Source: an uncultured Desulfobacterales bacterium
Lineage (GTDB): Bacteria > Desulfobacterota > Desulfobacteria > Desulfobacterales > B30-G6
Assembly: GCA_964633115.1 (NCBI GenBank)
Contig: CAZWEO010000005.1
Span: forward strand, 109-64,108
Reading direction: 5' to 3'
Length of the DNA: 64,000 bases
The stretch's first letter is position 1. Each line of letters opens with the position of its first letter. The notes under the pieces are model-generated. The model had not been told where the DNA came from and searched no databases. It saw only the letters and a list, made by a program, of their open reading frames with translations. The translations under genes were made by a program, and so were the position numbers. Positions 52,771 through 62,674 of the stretch are shown here, one piece after another.

Positions 52771-55320
52771 ATGAAGCATCTCCAAATGTATCAAGTTTTT
52801 CCGTCTGTTCCCGAGCCATTAAAATTTCTGGAAGTTCTATCCAGAAACATGTGGTGGTGTTGGCACTTGGATGCGATTGAATTATTTCGGCGCATCAATC
52901 CGCATCTATGGCGCCAATCGGGACGCAACCCGATTCTATTTTCAACCATGATTCCGCCTAGGCGTCTGCTGGAACTGGCAGAAGACGAGGGCTATCTTGC
53001 CCATATGGGGCGGGTTAAAAAGAAATTTGAAAACGAAACCGGAATTATAGAAAACCAAACTGCCTCATCAGCTGCACAGCCGGGGACGATTGCCTATTTT
53101 TCGATGGAATTCGGCATTCACGAAAGTTTGCCTCTGTTTGCAGGCGGGTTGGGTGTGCTGGCGGGCGATCACCTAAAAGCGGCATCGGATTTGTCGGTAC
53201 CGCTAGTGGCTGTGGGTCTAATGTACCACCAGGGCTATTTCCATCAGTTCCTAAATGATGACGGTTGGCAACAGGAGGAATACCCGGATACTGATTTTTT
53301 CCATTTGCCGCTGAGACGTGCTAAGGACCAATTTGGCAACCAAGCTGCTATTTCGCTTAAAGGCCCCAAGGGTATTATTAACGCTGTGGTTTGGAAGTTA
53401 CAGGTCGGGCAAATTCCGCTATATTTATTGGATACCAATATTCCGGAAAATTCAAATGAAGATCGGGCGATTACCCGTCGGCTATATGCTGGCGATCCCA
53501 GACAACGACTGGAACAGGAAATTTTACTGGGCATCGGCGGTATGCGGGCACTCAATGTCATGGGCATCCAGCCCAAGATCTGCCACATGAACGAAGGTCA
53601 TTCAGCCTTTTGCAGTCTGGAACGTCTATGCCAGATTAAGGGTCAATATAATATCGATCTGGAAACAGCCCTGGAGATCGTGCCACGAGGAACGATATTT
53701 ACGACGCATACACCGGTGGCAGCAGGTCATGATGAATTCCCCGCAGACATGGTTCGGCCCTACGTGGAAGACTTGCAGGAATGCTTGGGTATCGATGCGG
53801 ATCAAATTATCTCCTGGGGTCAACCGGGTGGTGGCGAATCCGATCAACCCTTATCCATGTTTGTTCTCGGGCTTCGCATGTCTCAATACCATAACGGTGT
53901 CAGCCAATTGCACGGTCATGTTGCCCGGCGAATGTGGTCGCATGTGTGGCCGGGATGGCCCCAAGATGAGGTCCCCATTTCGCATGTAACCAATGGCATC
54001 CACATACCATCCTGGATTTCGATTGAAAACGCAACCTTGTTTGAACGCTATCTGACACCTGATTGGCATTTACACACCGGCACCAATGGCCTGTCCCAGA
54101 TGATCGACCAAATTTACGATGAAGAATTGTGGCAGGCCCGTCGTATGAGTCGTGCCAGGTTGATTCGGTTTTGCCGGGAGCGAATGGTTAGACAATACGG
54201 TCGCCGGAATGCACCCCAAGCCGCCATGCGGGCGGCAGAGAGTGTGCTGGATCCGGAAGTGCTGACCATCGGATTTGCACGGCGCTTTGCTACCTATAAA
54301 CGCGCCACCTTACTGCTAAATGATCCCGATCGTTTCAAAAAAGTAATTAATCACACGGACCGCCCGGTACAGATCATTTTTGCCGGCAAAGCCCATCCCA
54401 AGGACGGCGAAGGCAAGGAAATTATCAGGCAACTGACTGCATTCGCCCGTCAGCAGGATGTGCAGCACCGCATCATTTTTTTAGAAAACTATGATATCAA
54501 CGTAACCCGCACCCTGGTTCAGGGAGTCGATATCTGGCTCAACACGCCCCGGCGCCCGCTGGAAGCCTGCGGTACTTCCGGTATGAAAGCTGCCATAAAT
54601 GGTGTTTTGAACCTCAGTGTCCTGGATGGCTGGTGGTGCGAAGGTTATCGGGAGGACCGTGGTTGGGCCATCGGCCACGGCGAGGAATATGATGATCCCG
54701 AATATCAGGACATGGTGGATAGCTATGCACTCTACAATATATTGGAAAACGATGTAATCCCGCTTTTTTACGATCGTAAAAACGGTGAAACTCCTGAAAA
54801 ATGGACCCGTATGATGAAAGCCTCCATGAAAATGGCCCTGGATCATTTTTGTACGCATCGAATGGTCAGGGAGTACGATAGTAAATTTTATCAGCCGGCA
54901 TTGGCGGGGTATGACCGCATGACAGCCAAGGATGCCGAGGCTTCCAAACAGCTACTGTCACAGCGCAAACGGCTTATGGAAAAATGGGGCGATATTCATC
55001 TGAATGCGCCCGTTCGTGAGGACAGCGGATCCTTTCGAATTGGAGATTCATTTCGTGTCACCACTGAGGTGACATTGGGCGAAATCCGTCCAGAAGAGGT
55101 GTTGGTGGAGTTGTACTACGGCAAAATGCGTACCCTCGACACCCTCATGTCTGGCAATACCCAGATGATGGAGGTTGCCGAAGATTTGGGACAGGGAATC
55201 TATCGATATGCCTGCCAGCTCCCATGCGAAGCCTCGGGGCGTTTTGGTTTTACTGTGCGGGTCAGTCCCAAAGGAGATGCCTTTCTACGATTTACGCCTG
55301 GTCTGATATCATGGGCGTGA
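52771..55320 (+). CDS. glgP: Alpha-glucan (glycogen) phosphorylase
   Basis: YFSMEFG, GGLGVLAGDHLK, ARRFATYKR, EACGTSGMKA (PLP Lys). Confidence 0.96.
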   Translation: MKHLQMYQVFPSVPEPLKFLEVLSRNMWWCWHLDAIELFRRINPHLWRQSGRNPILFSTMIPPRRLLELAEDEGYLAHMGRVKKKFENETGIIENQTASSAAQPGTIAYFSMEFGIHESLPLFAGGLGVLAGDHLKAASDLSVPLVAVGLMYHQGYFHQFLNDDGWQQEEYPDTDFFHLPLRRAKDQFGNQAAISLKGPKGIINAVVWKLQVGQIPLYLLDTNIPENSNEDRAITRRLYAGDPRQRLEQEILLGIGGMRALNVMGIQPKICHMNEGHSAFCSLERLCQIKGQYNIDLETALEIVPRGTIFTTHTPVAAGHDEFPADMVRPYVEDLQECLGIDADQIISWGQPGGGESDQPLSMFVLGLRMSQYHNGVSQLHGHVARRMWSHVWPGWPQDEVPISHVTNGIHIPSWISIENATLFERYLTPDWHLHTGTNGLSQMIDQIYDEELWQARRMSRARLIRFCRERMVRQYGRRNAPQAAMRAAESVLDPEVLTIGFARRFATYKRATLLLNDPDRFKKVINHTDRPVQIIFAGKAHPKDGEGKEIIRQLTAFARQQDVQHRIIFLENYDINVTRTLVQGVDIWLNTPRRPLEACGTSGMKAAINGVLNLSVLDGWWCEGYREDRGWAIGHGEEYDDPEYQDMVDSYALYNILENDVIPLFYDRKNGETPEKWTRMMKASMKMALDHFCTHRMVREYDSKFYQPALAGYDRMTAKDAEASKQLLSQRKRLMEKWGDIHLNAPVREDSGSFRIGDSFRVTTEVTLGEIRPEEVLVELYYGKMRTLDTLMSGNTQMMEVAEDLGQGIYRYACQLPCEASGRFGFTVRVSPKGDAFLRFTPGLISWA

Positions 55321-55324
55321 AATA

Positions 55325-55447
55325 GGGTTTAAGGGTTCATTGGGTTTGTTGAGTTTATTGAGTTGGAAAAGAGTAAATGGGTCTCTGGAAAACGGTTAGG
55401 GCTTAGCAACTCAATGAACGCAATGAACTCAAGAAACACAATAAACT
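55325..55447. repeat. Intergenic hairpin element with 9-bp unit arms
   Basis: gggttcatt gggtttgtt gagtttatt gagttg ... caactc aatgaacgc aatgaactc aagaaacac aataaact. Confidence 0.75.
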
Positions 55448-55498
55448 AAATTTGTGATTACTATTTAAGATCGTAAACATTTATCTTCGGAAATTCTG

Positions 55499-57034
55499 AT
55501 GCCCACCAATGGCGCGACATCATCACCCCGCGTGCTCATCGTGACACCCGAGGTTACTTACCTGCCGGATCGCATGGGGAGCCTGTCTAAACTATTGACC
55601 GCAAAAGCCGGTGGTTTGGCCGATGTTTCTGCCGCCCTGATTAGTGCCTTATTCGAACAGGGTGTCGATGTGCATGTGGCTCTGCCTGACTACCGCGCAA
55701 TTTTTGCCGATCGACTGACACCATTTCTCAAGAAAGAGCAACGCACAATCCGGCGGGTAATGCCCGACGATCGCGTGCATCTGGCTCAAGACCGGGCTTT
55801 CTACTATCTGAATCGAGTTTATTCTAATTACGGGGGTGAGAATACCAAACTTTCGCTCGCATTCCAGCGAGAAGTTATCAATCATGTTATTCCGCAAGTC
55901 GAGCCCGACCTCATCCATTGCAATGACTGGATGACCGGATTAATCCCAGCCATGGCGCGCCAAATGGGAATTCCTTGCCTATTTACGATTCATAACATTC
56001 ATACGGTCAAAAGCACGCTGGCTCATATTGAAGATCGGGGGATTGATGCCGCCTATTTTTGGCATTATCTGTTTTATGAAAAAGCACCATACGATTATGA
56101 GGAATCGTGGGGACACAATCCAATCGATTTTCTTGTCAGTGGCGTGTTTGCGGCCCATTTTGTCAATACAGTCAGTCCCACTTTTTTAGGCGAAATTATC
56201 AGTGGCCAGCATGATTTCGTGGCTGAGAACTTAAAATGGGAACTCGCCAATAAGGTTGCGGCCAATTGTGCCGTGGGAATATTAAATGCACCCGACCCGG
56301 TATTCAGCCCGGAATCCGATGAATACCTCTTTCATCGCTATACTTATCTGGATCCCGTCATCGCCAAACAGGAAAATAAGTTGGAACTTCAGATTATGCT
56401 GGGATTGACGGAAGATCCCGGAGCCCCCCTTTTTTTTTGGCCTTCTCGTTTGGATCCAATTCAAAAGGGCTGCCAGTTGCTGGCGGAGATTCTCTACCAG
56501 GTTATCACATCATATTGGGATCAGAATATACAGATTATATTTGTGGCTAACGGTGACTATCAAAGAGTGTTCCGCGATATAGTCTCATTTCATAACTTGC
56601 ATCAGCGCGTGGCTGTTTGTGATTTTAGCGAACGCTTGGAGCACCAGGCATATGCTGCTTCGGATTTTATACTTATGCCGTCGCGCTTCGAACCCTGTGG
56701 CTTGCCCCAAATGATTGCCCCGATATACGGTTCCTTGCCCTTGGTTCACGATACTGGTGGCCTGCATGACACAATTGAACACCTGGATGCTGATGCCAAC
56801 ATTGGCAATGGATTTGTTTTTGAAACCTATGATGCCAATGGACTACGCTGGGCGATTGACCAGGCCATGCATTATTATAGACGGCCCATAGATCAAAAGG
56901 CGGCCCAGATAAAGCGTATTATGCAGGCCAGTGCTGAAACCTTCAACCATGCTGTGACCGCTCAGCAATATATCAAACTGTATGAGCGCATGCTGGATCG
57001 ACCCTTGATTGCTGCATCCCCTTATCAGAGATGA
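55499..57034 (+). CDS. glgA: Glycogen/starch synthase (GT5)
   Basis: KAGGLADV, HCNDW, TIHN, SRL..QKG, MPSRFEPCGL. Confidence 0.92.
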   Translation: MPTNGATSSPRVLIVTPEVTYLPDRMGSLSKLLTAKAGGLADVSAALISALFEQGVDVHVALPDYRAIFADRLTPFLKKEQRTIRRVMPDDRVHLAQDRAFYYLNRVYSNYGGENTKLSLAFQREVINHVIPQVEPDLIHCNDWMTGLIPAMARQMGIPCLFTIHNIHTVKSTLAHIEDRGIDAAYFWHYLFYEKAPYDYEESWGHNPIDFLVSGVFAAHFVNTVSPTFLGEIISGQHDFVAENLKWELANKVAANCAVGILNAPDPVFSPESDEYLFHRYTYLDPVIAKQENKLELQIMLGLTEDPGAPLFFWPSRLDPIQKGCQLLAEILYQVITSYWDQNIQIIFVANGDYQRVFRDIVSFHNLHQRVAVCDFSERLEHQAYAASDFILMPSRFEPCGLPQMIAPIYGSLPLVHDTGGLHDTIEHLDADANIGNGFVFETYDANGLRWAIDQAMHYYRRPIDQKAAQIKRIMQASAETFNHAVTAQQYIKLYERMLDRPLIAASPYQR

Positions 57035-59070
57035 CAAAAGATCACCGCAAACAATCGATAGAATTGAAAGTAGACACACTGCTGAAAGCAGACCCCTATC
57101 TGAAGCCTTACACTACTGCCATTCGCAGCCGTATGACCAAAATTGAGGCAACACGGGCCCGCCTAACCCAAGATAAAACAAGCATAGCTGAATTTGCCTT
57201 AGGGCACTTGCATTATGGCCTCCATCAGGTTGACGGTGGTTGGGTGTTGCGAGAATGGGCCCCCAATGCTAGCGCCGTCTTTTTAATTGGCGATATGACT
57301 GGCTGGTTGGAAAAGGATACATATGGTTTTCAGCGCACGAACTCTCTCGGAGAATGGGAGCTGCGTCTACCCCATGATGCTTTAACGCACGGGCAACACT
57401 ACGGTTTGAGACTTCATTGGCCGGGCGGCAAAGGAGATCGGATTCCGGCATATTGCCAGCGAGTGGTACAGGACCCTAAAACGCTGATCTTCAGCGCCCA
57501 AGTCTGGCATCCGCAAGCGCCATTCGAATGGCGGCATTCAAGGCCGCTTAGGAATAAAGAGGGGCTGTTAATTTACGAAGCCCACATTGGTATGGCCCAG
57601 GAGGAGCCGGGAATCGGAACCTATGCCGCTTTTGCTGAAAAAATCATCCCGCGGATTGTGCGTGCCGGCTATAACACTATTCAATTCATGGGCCTGCAGG
57701 AACATCCCTATTATGGTTCATTTGGCTATCAGGTGTCTAATTTCTTCGCGGCTTCATCCCGTTTTGGATCCCCCAAAGATCTAAAGCTGGTCATCGACAC
57801 GGCCCATGGCGCCGGTCTAATGGTGATCATGGATTTGATTCACTCCCATAGCGTTTCAAACGAAACCGAGGGTCTGAGCCGATTCGACGGTACGACCTAT
57901 CAGTATTTTCATGAGGGGGAGCGTGGTCATCATCCTGCCTGGGATTCGCGTTGCTTTGATTATGCCAAACCCCAGGTCCTTCATTTCCTGCTTTCCAATT
58001 GCCGTTTCTGGCTGGATACATTTCATTTAGATGGATTCCGGTTTGATGGGATCACAAGCATGCTTTATAAGCACCATGGGTTGGGCCACGCCTTTACAAG
58101 CTATGCAGACTACTTCGATGATTCCCTGGACGAAGATGCCTTGGTTTATTTAGCCCTTGCCAATAGTCTCATACATGAAATCGAACCGGCGGCTATTACC
58201 ATTGCCGAGGATGTGAGCGGACTGCCGGGCTTGGCGGTTCCGGCTGGCCGCGGGGGTATCGGATTTGACTATCGATTTGCCATGGGTGTTCCCGACTACT
58301 GGATCAAGCTAACCAAGGACAATCGGGATGAAGATTGGTCCATGGGGCATCTTTGGCATGAGTTAACAAATCGCAGGCAGGATGAAAAAACCGTTAGCTA
58401 TGCAGAATCCCATGACCAAGCCATGGTGGGAGATCAGACCCTCATATTTCGCCTGATGGGTGACAACATGTACACCCACATGGCCCAGACAGATACCCAT
58501 CTAAAAATCGACCGGGGCATGGCGCTTCACAAGATGATCCGGCTACTGACGCTATCCACTGCTGATCAAGGTTATCTAAACTTTATGGGGAACGAATTTG
58601 GTCATCCGGAATGGATCGATTTTCCGCGGCCTGGCAACAATTGGTCTTATCATTATGCGCGGCGGCAATGGCATTTGGTGGACGATCCTGAGCTAAAATA
58701 TTCGCAATTGGCTTGCTTTGATCGCGATATGATCGGGCTGGCAAAAAGATATACCATTTTTGATTCACATGCGAACCTGGTTCATGTGCATGACGATGAT
58801 AAGATTCTCGCTGTATCCCGGGGACAACTCATATTGATTTTCAATTTTCATGCCAACCAATCCTACCCGGATTATTATCTCAACCTAGCCAAAGGGCGTT
58901 ATAAATGGGTTTTCGATACAGATAAAAATTGTTTCGGTGGCCAGGGCAGATTGAATGAAGCCCGCAAATGTGTATTTGAAACCCATAATCAGAATAAAAA
59001 TGCCACTGAAGGGCTCCGTATCTATCTTCCCTGCCGGTCCGCAATTGTTATAACATGCTATAATAATTAG
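57031..59070 (+). CDS. glgB: 1,4-alpha-glucan branching enzyme (GH13_8, eukaryote/Bacteroidota-like type)
   Basis: REWAPNA, IYEAHIGM, DGFRFDGITSMLY, YAESHDQA, GYLNFMGNEFGHPEWIDFPR. Confidence 0.92.
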   Translation: MTKDHRKQSIELKVDTLLKADPYLKPYTTAIRSRMTKIEATRARLTQDKTSIAEFALGHLHYGLHQVDGGWVLREWAPNASAVFLIGDMTGWLEKDTYGFQRTNSLGEWELRLPHDALTHGQHYGLRLHWPGGKGDRIPAYCQRVVQDPKTLIFSAQVWHPQAPFEWRHSRPLRNKEGLLIYEAHIGMAQEEPGIGTYAAFAEKIIPRIVRAGYNTIQFMGLQEHPYYGSFGYQVSNFFAASSRFGSPKDLKLVIDTAHGAGLMVIMDLIHSHSVSNETEGLSRFDGTTYQYFHEGERGHHPAWDSRCFDYAKPQVLHFLLSNCRFWLDTFHLDGFRFDGITSMLYKHHGLGHAFTSYADYFDDSLDEDALVYLALANSLIHEIEPAAITIAEDVSGLPGLAVPAGRGGIGFDYRFAMGVPDYWIKLTKDNRDEDWSMGHLWHELTNRRQDEKTVSYAESHDQAMVGDQTLIFRLMGDNMYTHMAQTDTHLKIDRGMALHKMIRLLTLSTADQGYLNFMGNEFGHPEWIDFPRPGNNWSYHYARRQWHLVDDPELKYSQLACFDRDMIGLAKRYTIFDSHANLVHVHDDDKILAVSRGQLILIFNFHANQSYPDYYLNLAKGRYKWVFDTDKNCFGGQGRLNEARKCVFETHNQNKNATEGLRIYLPCRSAIVITCYNN

Positions 59071-59145
59071 AAAAAATATTTTAGCTGTTATACGGGTATG
59101 ACAACTTATAAGCCCACCTATAAAATCCACAAAATTTGGAGGATT

Positions 59146-59817
59146 TCAATCTTGAAATGATAATATCGGCCATCCATCAGACATGGCCTTTTTTCTCAAA
59201 CGTTCGGTGGGCTCGACCGCAGTCGGATGGCCCACCGTTTCCAGCATGGGAATATCAGAGTGATGATTGCCGTAGGCATAGGATTGATTGAGTTGGATAT
59301 GGTGTTGATGGGCCAAATCTCGGATGGCTTTGCCTTTATGTTTGTCGATGCAAATGGGTCCGTCCGTGGCACCAGTTAGCTGGCCATTGTTGGCCATTTC
59401 AAGCTCAGTGCAAAGCAGATGATCAAATCCAAGATCTTTTATCACCGGTGCCAGCATATAGCGCACCGATGCTGAGACTAAAACGAGGGTATGGCCCGCA
59501 GCTTGGTGCTGGCGAGCCCGCGCAAGAATATTAGGCGCCAGGTGCGGTTTCAGATGGTTAAGGTAAAATTCTTTCGCCCCTGCCTTCAACGGTTGGATGT
59601 TTCGACCTTTGTAAAATGTCAACATAACCCGCGCCATTTGCATGTCGGAAACCCAATCACGTTGATATAAGTAATTGACAAGGCCAACTTTTATTAAAAA
59701 AGGGAGTCGAATTTCCTTGATTTGATAGAGGTATTTGAATCCAACGCGGCCACTTTCAACCTTGATAAGGGTAAGATCAAAATCAAAAAAAGCACCGATG
59801 TGGGGACCGGGGTTCAT
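59146..59817 (-). CDS. HAD-IB (SerB-like) family hydrolase
   Basis: AFFDFDLTL, VSAS, K.KAI, YAYGNHHSDIPMLE.VG.P; start could be 59844 or 59817. Confidence 0.88.
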   Translation of the reverse strand: MNPGPHIGAFFDFDLTLIKVESGRVGFKYLYQIKEIRLPFLIKVGLVNYLYQRDWVSDMQMARVMLTFYKGRNIQPLKAGAKEFYLNHLKPHLAPNILARARQHQAAGHTLVLVSASVRYMLAPVIKDLGFDHLLCTELEMANNGQLTGATDGPICIDKHKGKAIRDLAHQHHIQLNQSYAYGNHHSDIPMLETVGHPTAVEPTERLRKKAMSDGWPILSFQD

Positions 59818-59877
59818 GGAGTTTGTTGGTTTTGTTGAGTTCATCAAATTAGCTTTTTAGGCTGTAGACTATTAGTC
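59810..59877. repeat. Mixed 9-bp and 8-bp unit repeat tract
   Basis: gggttcatg gagtttgtt ggttttgtt gagttcatc, then TTAGCTTTTTAGGCTGT, which is the reverse complement of 3571-3587. Confidence 0.7.
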
Positions 59878-59979
59878 ACTTACAAGTTCAAATGGCAGTA
59901 AAACGCACACGTTTCAAAGGATGAAATGCAAATGATGCATGCAGAATGTAGAATATCGAATGTCGAAGGAATGAGATGT

Positions 59980-61098
59980 TTAAAAATCAAACCCTCGAAC
60001 CCTCGAATCCTTGTGGAGATATCTCCCGAATTCCTTAACGGCTTCAAACATGGCGATACAATTATCCGGATCAACACCCGGGTGAAGGGTGTTGGAAGAA
60101 CATATAATCAAGCCACCGCCCTTACCAGCATCTTGTATGGCTTGTTGAACCGCCTGTTGGACTTGCTCTGGGCTGCCTTTGGGCAGGAGCTCTTGGCAAT
60201 CGATATTACCAAGGAGGCAGAGCCGATCACCGCAATACGCCTTTACTTTTTTTAATTGCATATCGGCCTGGGGCTCCAAGGGATTAAGCCCATCATAGCC
60301 CGCATCCAACAGCTGGTCGATGATGGGCCAAAGATTTCCGTCGCTGTGCCGGATTACTTTCAGGCCTTGTTCATGGGCTTGGTCCACCAATCTGCGATTA
60401 TAGGGCAGGATAAACTCATTAAAATGATCGGGTGAAATCAAGGTGGTGTTTTTATCGGCTATATCATCCTCAACAATCAGGACATCCAGCCCGGCGGCCA
60501 CCAGCATATCGAGTTGCCGCAGGCTGTATTCGGTGACTATTTCAGCAACCTGATGTAAAAAATTAGGGTTGTCAAACAACTTCATCATATAGTTTTCCAT
60601 CCCAAGCAGTCGCCAGCTTCGTACAAAGGCACCCCGCATCATCCAAAATATGGCCTTTTGATCCCCGAATCGATCCTTCATTAAATCAACGGCAAAAAGC
60701 TGTTCACGGGCCGGAATTGGTGGGGTATAGCCTGACAGATCAGCCTCGGATTGGATCGGATGCCGGCAAGGAACAGGGATGCCATGAGGACTGCGCGCAA
60801 AACCAACACCCCAATCATCCACTAGCTCGGCCTGGTCGGAGAATTCCGTTCCGGGACCGAGTGGCAGGCATGTATATCCATCAACACCGTAGGATTCCAA
60901 CACCAGAAAAAGGGTGTCGATGAGTTTGATCTTTTCGGCGTCATTCATCTGGTGCAGCATTTTACCCAGGGGTAACCCATCTGTCAGGTATTTACCGATC
61001 CCCATAATGGGTCCTTCATTAATGCCGTGAATAAATAAAGGCACGCGATCCGGCTCGCTAATGTTCAAAGCTGCCAGAATGCGTTCTTTTCCAGTCAT
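59980..61098 (-). CDS. Uroporphyrinogen decarboxylase-like / MtaA-CmuA family protein
   Basis: MTGKERILAAL...PDRVP, DDWG, EDDIA, ISPDHF.EFILPY, HSDGN, GNIDC, GGGLI. Confidence 0.85.
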   Translation of the reverse strand: MTGKERILAALNISEPDRVPLFIHGINEGPIMGIGKYLTDGLPLGKMLHQMNDAEKIKLIDTLFLVLESYGVDGYTCLPLGPGTEFSDQAELVDDWGVGFARSPHGIPVPCRHPIQSEADLSGYTPPIPAREQLFAVDLMKDRFGDQKAIFWMMRGAFVRSWRLLGMENYMMKLFDNPNFLHQVAEIVTEYSLRQLDMLVAAGLDVLIVEDDIADKNTTLISPDHFNEFILPYNRRLVDQAHEQGLKVIRHSDGNLWPIIDQLLDAGYDGLNPLEPQADMQLKKVKAYCGDRLCLLGNIDCQELLPKGSPEQVQQAVQQAIQDAGKGGGLIICSSNTLHPGVDPDNCIAMFEAVKEFGRYLHKDSRVRGFDF

Positions 61099-62363
61099 GC
61101 TGCCTCCATGAGAACATCTAAATCATCAACGGATTGTAGGTCATCATTATAAAAAATTGCACCAATCCAAAAAAGTAGTCCGGCCAGCAGGCAAAACAGG
61201 GGCAGGATTTTAAAGGCTGTGACAAGTTCATAACGATCGGATACCATACCCACAAAAAGGGGCCCCAAAGGGCTCCCCAAGGTGTGTTGGATGACGATAT
61301 TGATACTCAAGGATACAGCCCGCAATCCTGGATGAACCACATCCTGGGTTACCGCGACTCCAGCCGGTACAAACATGATGATGGTGATGCCTAGACAAAG
61401 TAAGACCACATACTGGGGCGCTCCCTCCAAGTACCCGAAAGCCACATAGAGGAGCACGGCCGAGATCATGGATGTGATAGCCGGTAGCAGCATGCGAGCT
61501 CGAGGTGTATGACGCATCCAGCGGTCGCAGAGATAGCCACCCAGGGGCGCACCGATGATGGCCATAAACATGACCAATCCGCCTTTGGGACCGGCTTTGC
61601 TCATGGGTAAATCATGCATGCGATGGAAATAGGTTGGTAGCCAACTCAATAAGGCCGTGGTCACAAAAACGTTTGATGCAAAGGCCAAATTATTGAAGAG
61701 TAGTGATTTTTTGGTGATAAAGGCCTTGATCATGTCTGCCAGGGTCATCTTTACTGGTTTCTGACCAGGAGTTTTATTGGCAGTGTGTACCAGGGCCACT
61801 GTTTTGTAATCTTGTACCTTAAAGAACATCAAAGCCAGGATAAAACCAGGAACCGCCACGATTCCAAAAGCATGCCGCCAACCCAGATGTTCAGCAATGA
61901 TGCCACCAAGGGCGATACCGAGGGCACTCCCCAAAGGGATGGATGCATTCCAGATTCCTAAAATCCGAGCGCGTTTCTCAGGCGGAAATAGGGCTGAGAT
62001 CAAAGCTGTTCCGCCCGGAGCATAGCCGGCCTCGCCGATGCCGATGGCAATTCTAGCCGTAAACAGCTGCTTGAAATTTCGCGTAAAAACACAGGCGAAC
62101 GTTGCCAAACTCCAGAGGGCAGCCATGAGGCCCACGGCTTTTTTACGACTCCAGCGATCAACTATGATGGATACGGGAAAAGAGAATAAAAGAATGGACC
62201 AATAGACCGCCGAAACCAGGAGTCCGCATTCCGTATCACTCAAGCCCCAGTCTTTTTGTAGAAAAGGAAATAAAGATACAATGATGAGCCGATCGATATA
62301 ATCGAACATATAGAGCAAGAACAGGAGTAGAAATGTAAAGGTGGCGTTCTTGGATGTTTTCAT
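61095..62363 (-). CDS. MFS transporter (spinster-like)
   Basis: DYIDR, DRWSRK (motif A), RIAIGIGEA; about 12 TM segments. Confidence 0.9.
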   Translation of the reverse strand: MKTSKNATFTFLLLFLLYMFDYIDRLIIVSLFPFLQKDWGLSDTECGLLVSAVYWSILLFSFPVSIIVDRWSRKKAVGLMAALWSLATFACVFTRNFKQLFTARIAIGIGEAGYAPGGTALISALFPPEKRARILGIWNASIPLGSALGIALGGIIAEHLGWRHAFGIVAVPGFILALMFFKVQDYKTVALVHTANKTPGQKPVKMTLADMIKAFITKKSLLFNNLAFASNVFVTTALLSWLPTYFHRMHDLPMSKAGPKGGLVMFMAIIGAPLGGYLCDRWMRHTPRARMLLPAITSMISAVLLYVAFGYLEGAPQYVVLLCLGITIIMFVPAGVAVTQDVVHPGLRAVSLSINIVIQHTLGSPLGPLFVGMVSDRYELVTAFKILPLFCLLAGLLFWIGAIFYNDDLQSVDDLDVLMEAA

Positions 62364-62674
62364 GGTGTTGCGAGCATATCTATGTTATTTTATTTCAAAA
62401 GGCAAGCCCGTAAAAGGGTACTATGAATTCAATAATGACCACCACAGACAAGATATAGCATTTATCAGAAAAATATTCCGTTTCGTTTTGGCTTGAAATT
62501 CGAATGGTAATTAAACCGACAGGTTTTAGTGTGATTCATTTTTAGCAAGGATGCGGAAACTGTAAATTGTTGGCTATCAAGAATGAGATTTGGGTAGAGA
62601 TGTAAAGGGGATCAGAACCGCAAGTAGGAAATACTTTTGGGCCCACGTTCGGAAGGCATGCGAAAATCTTACGG

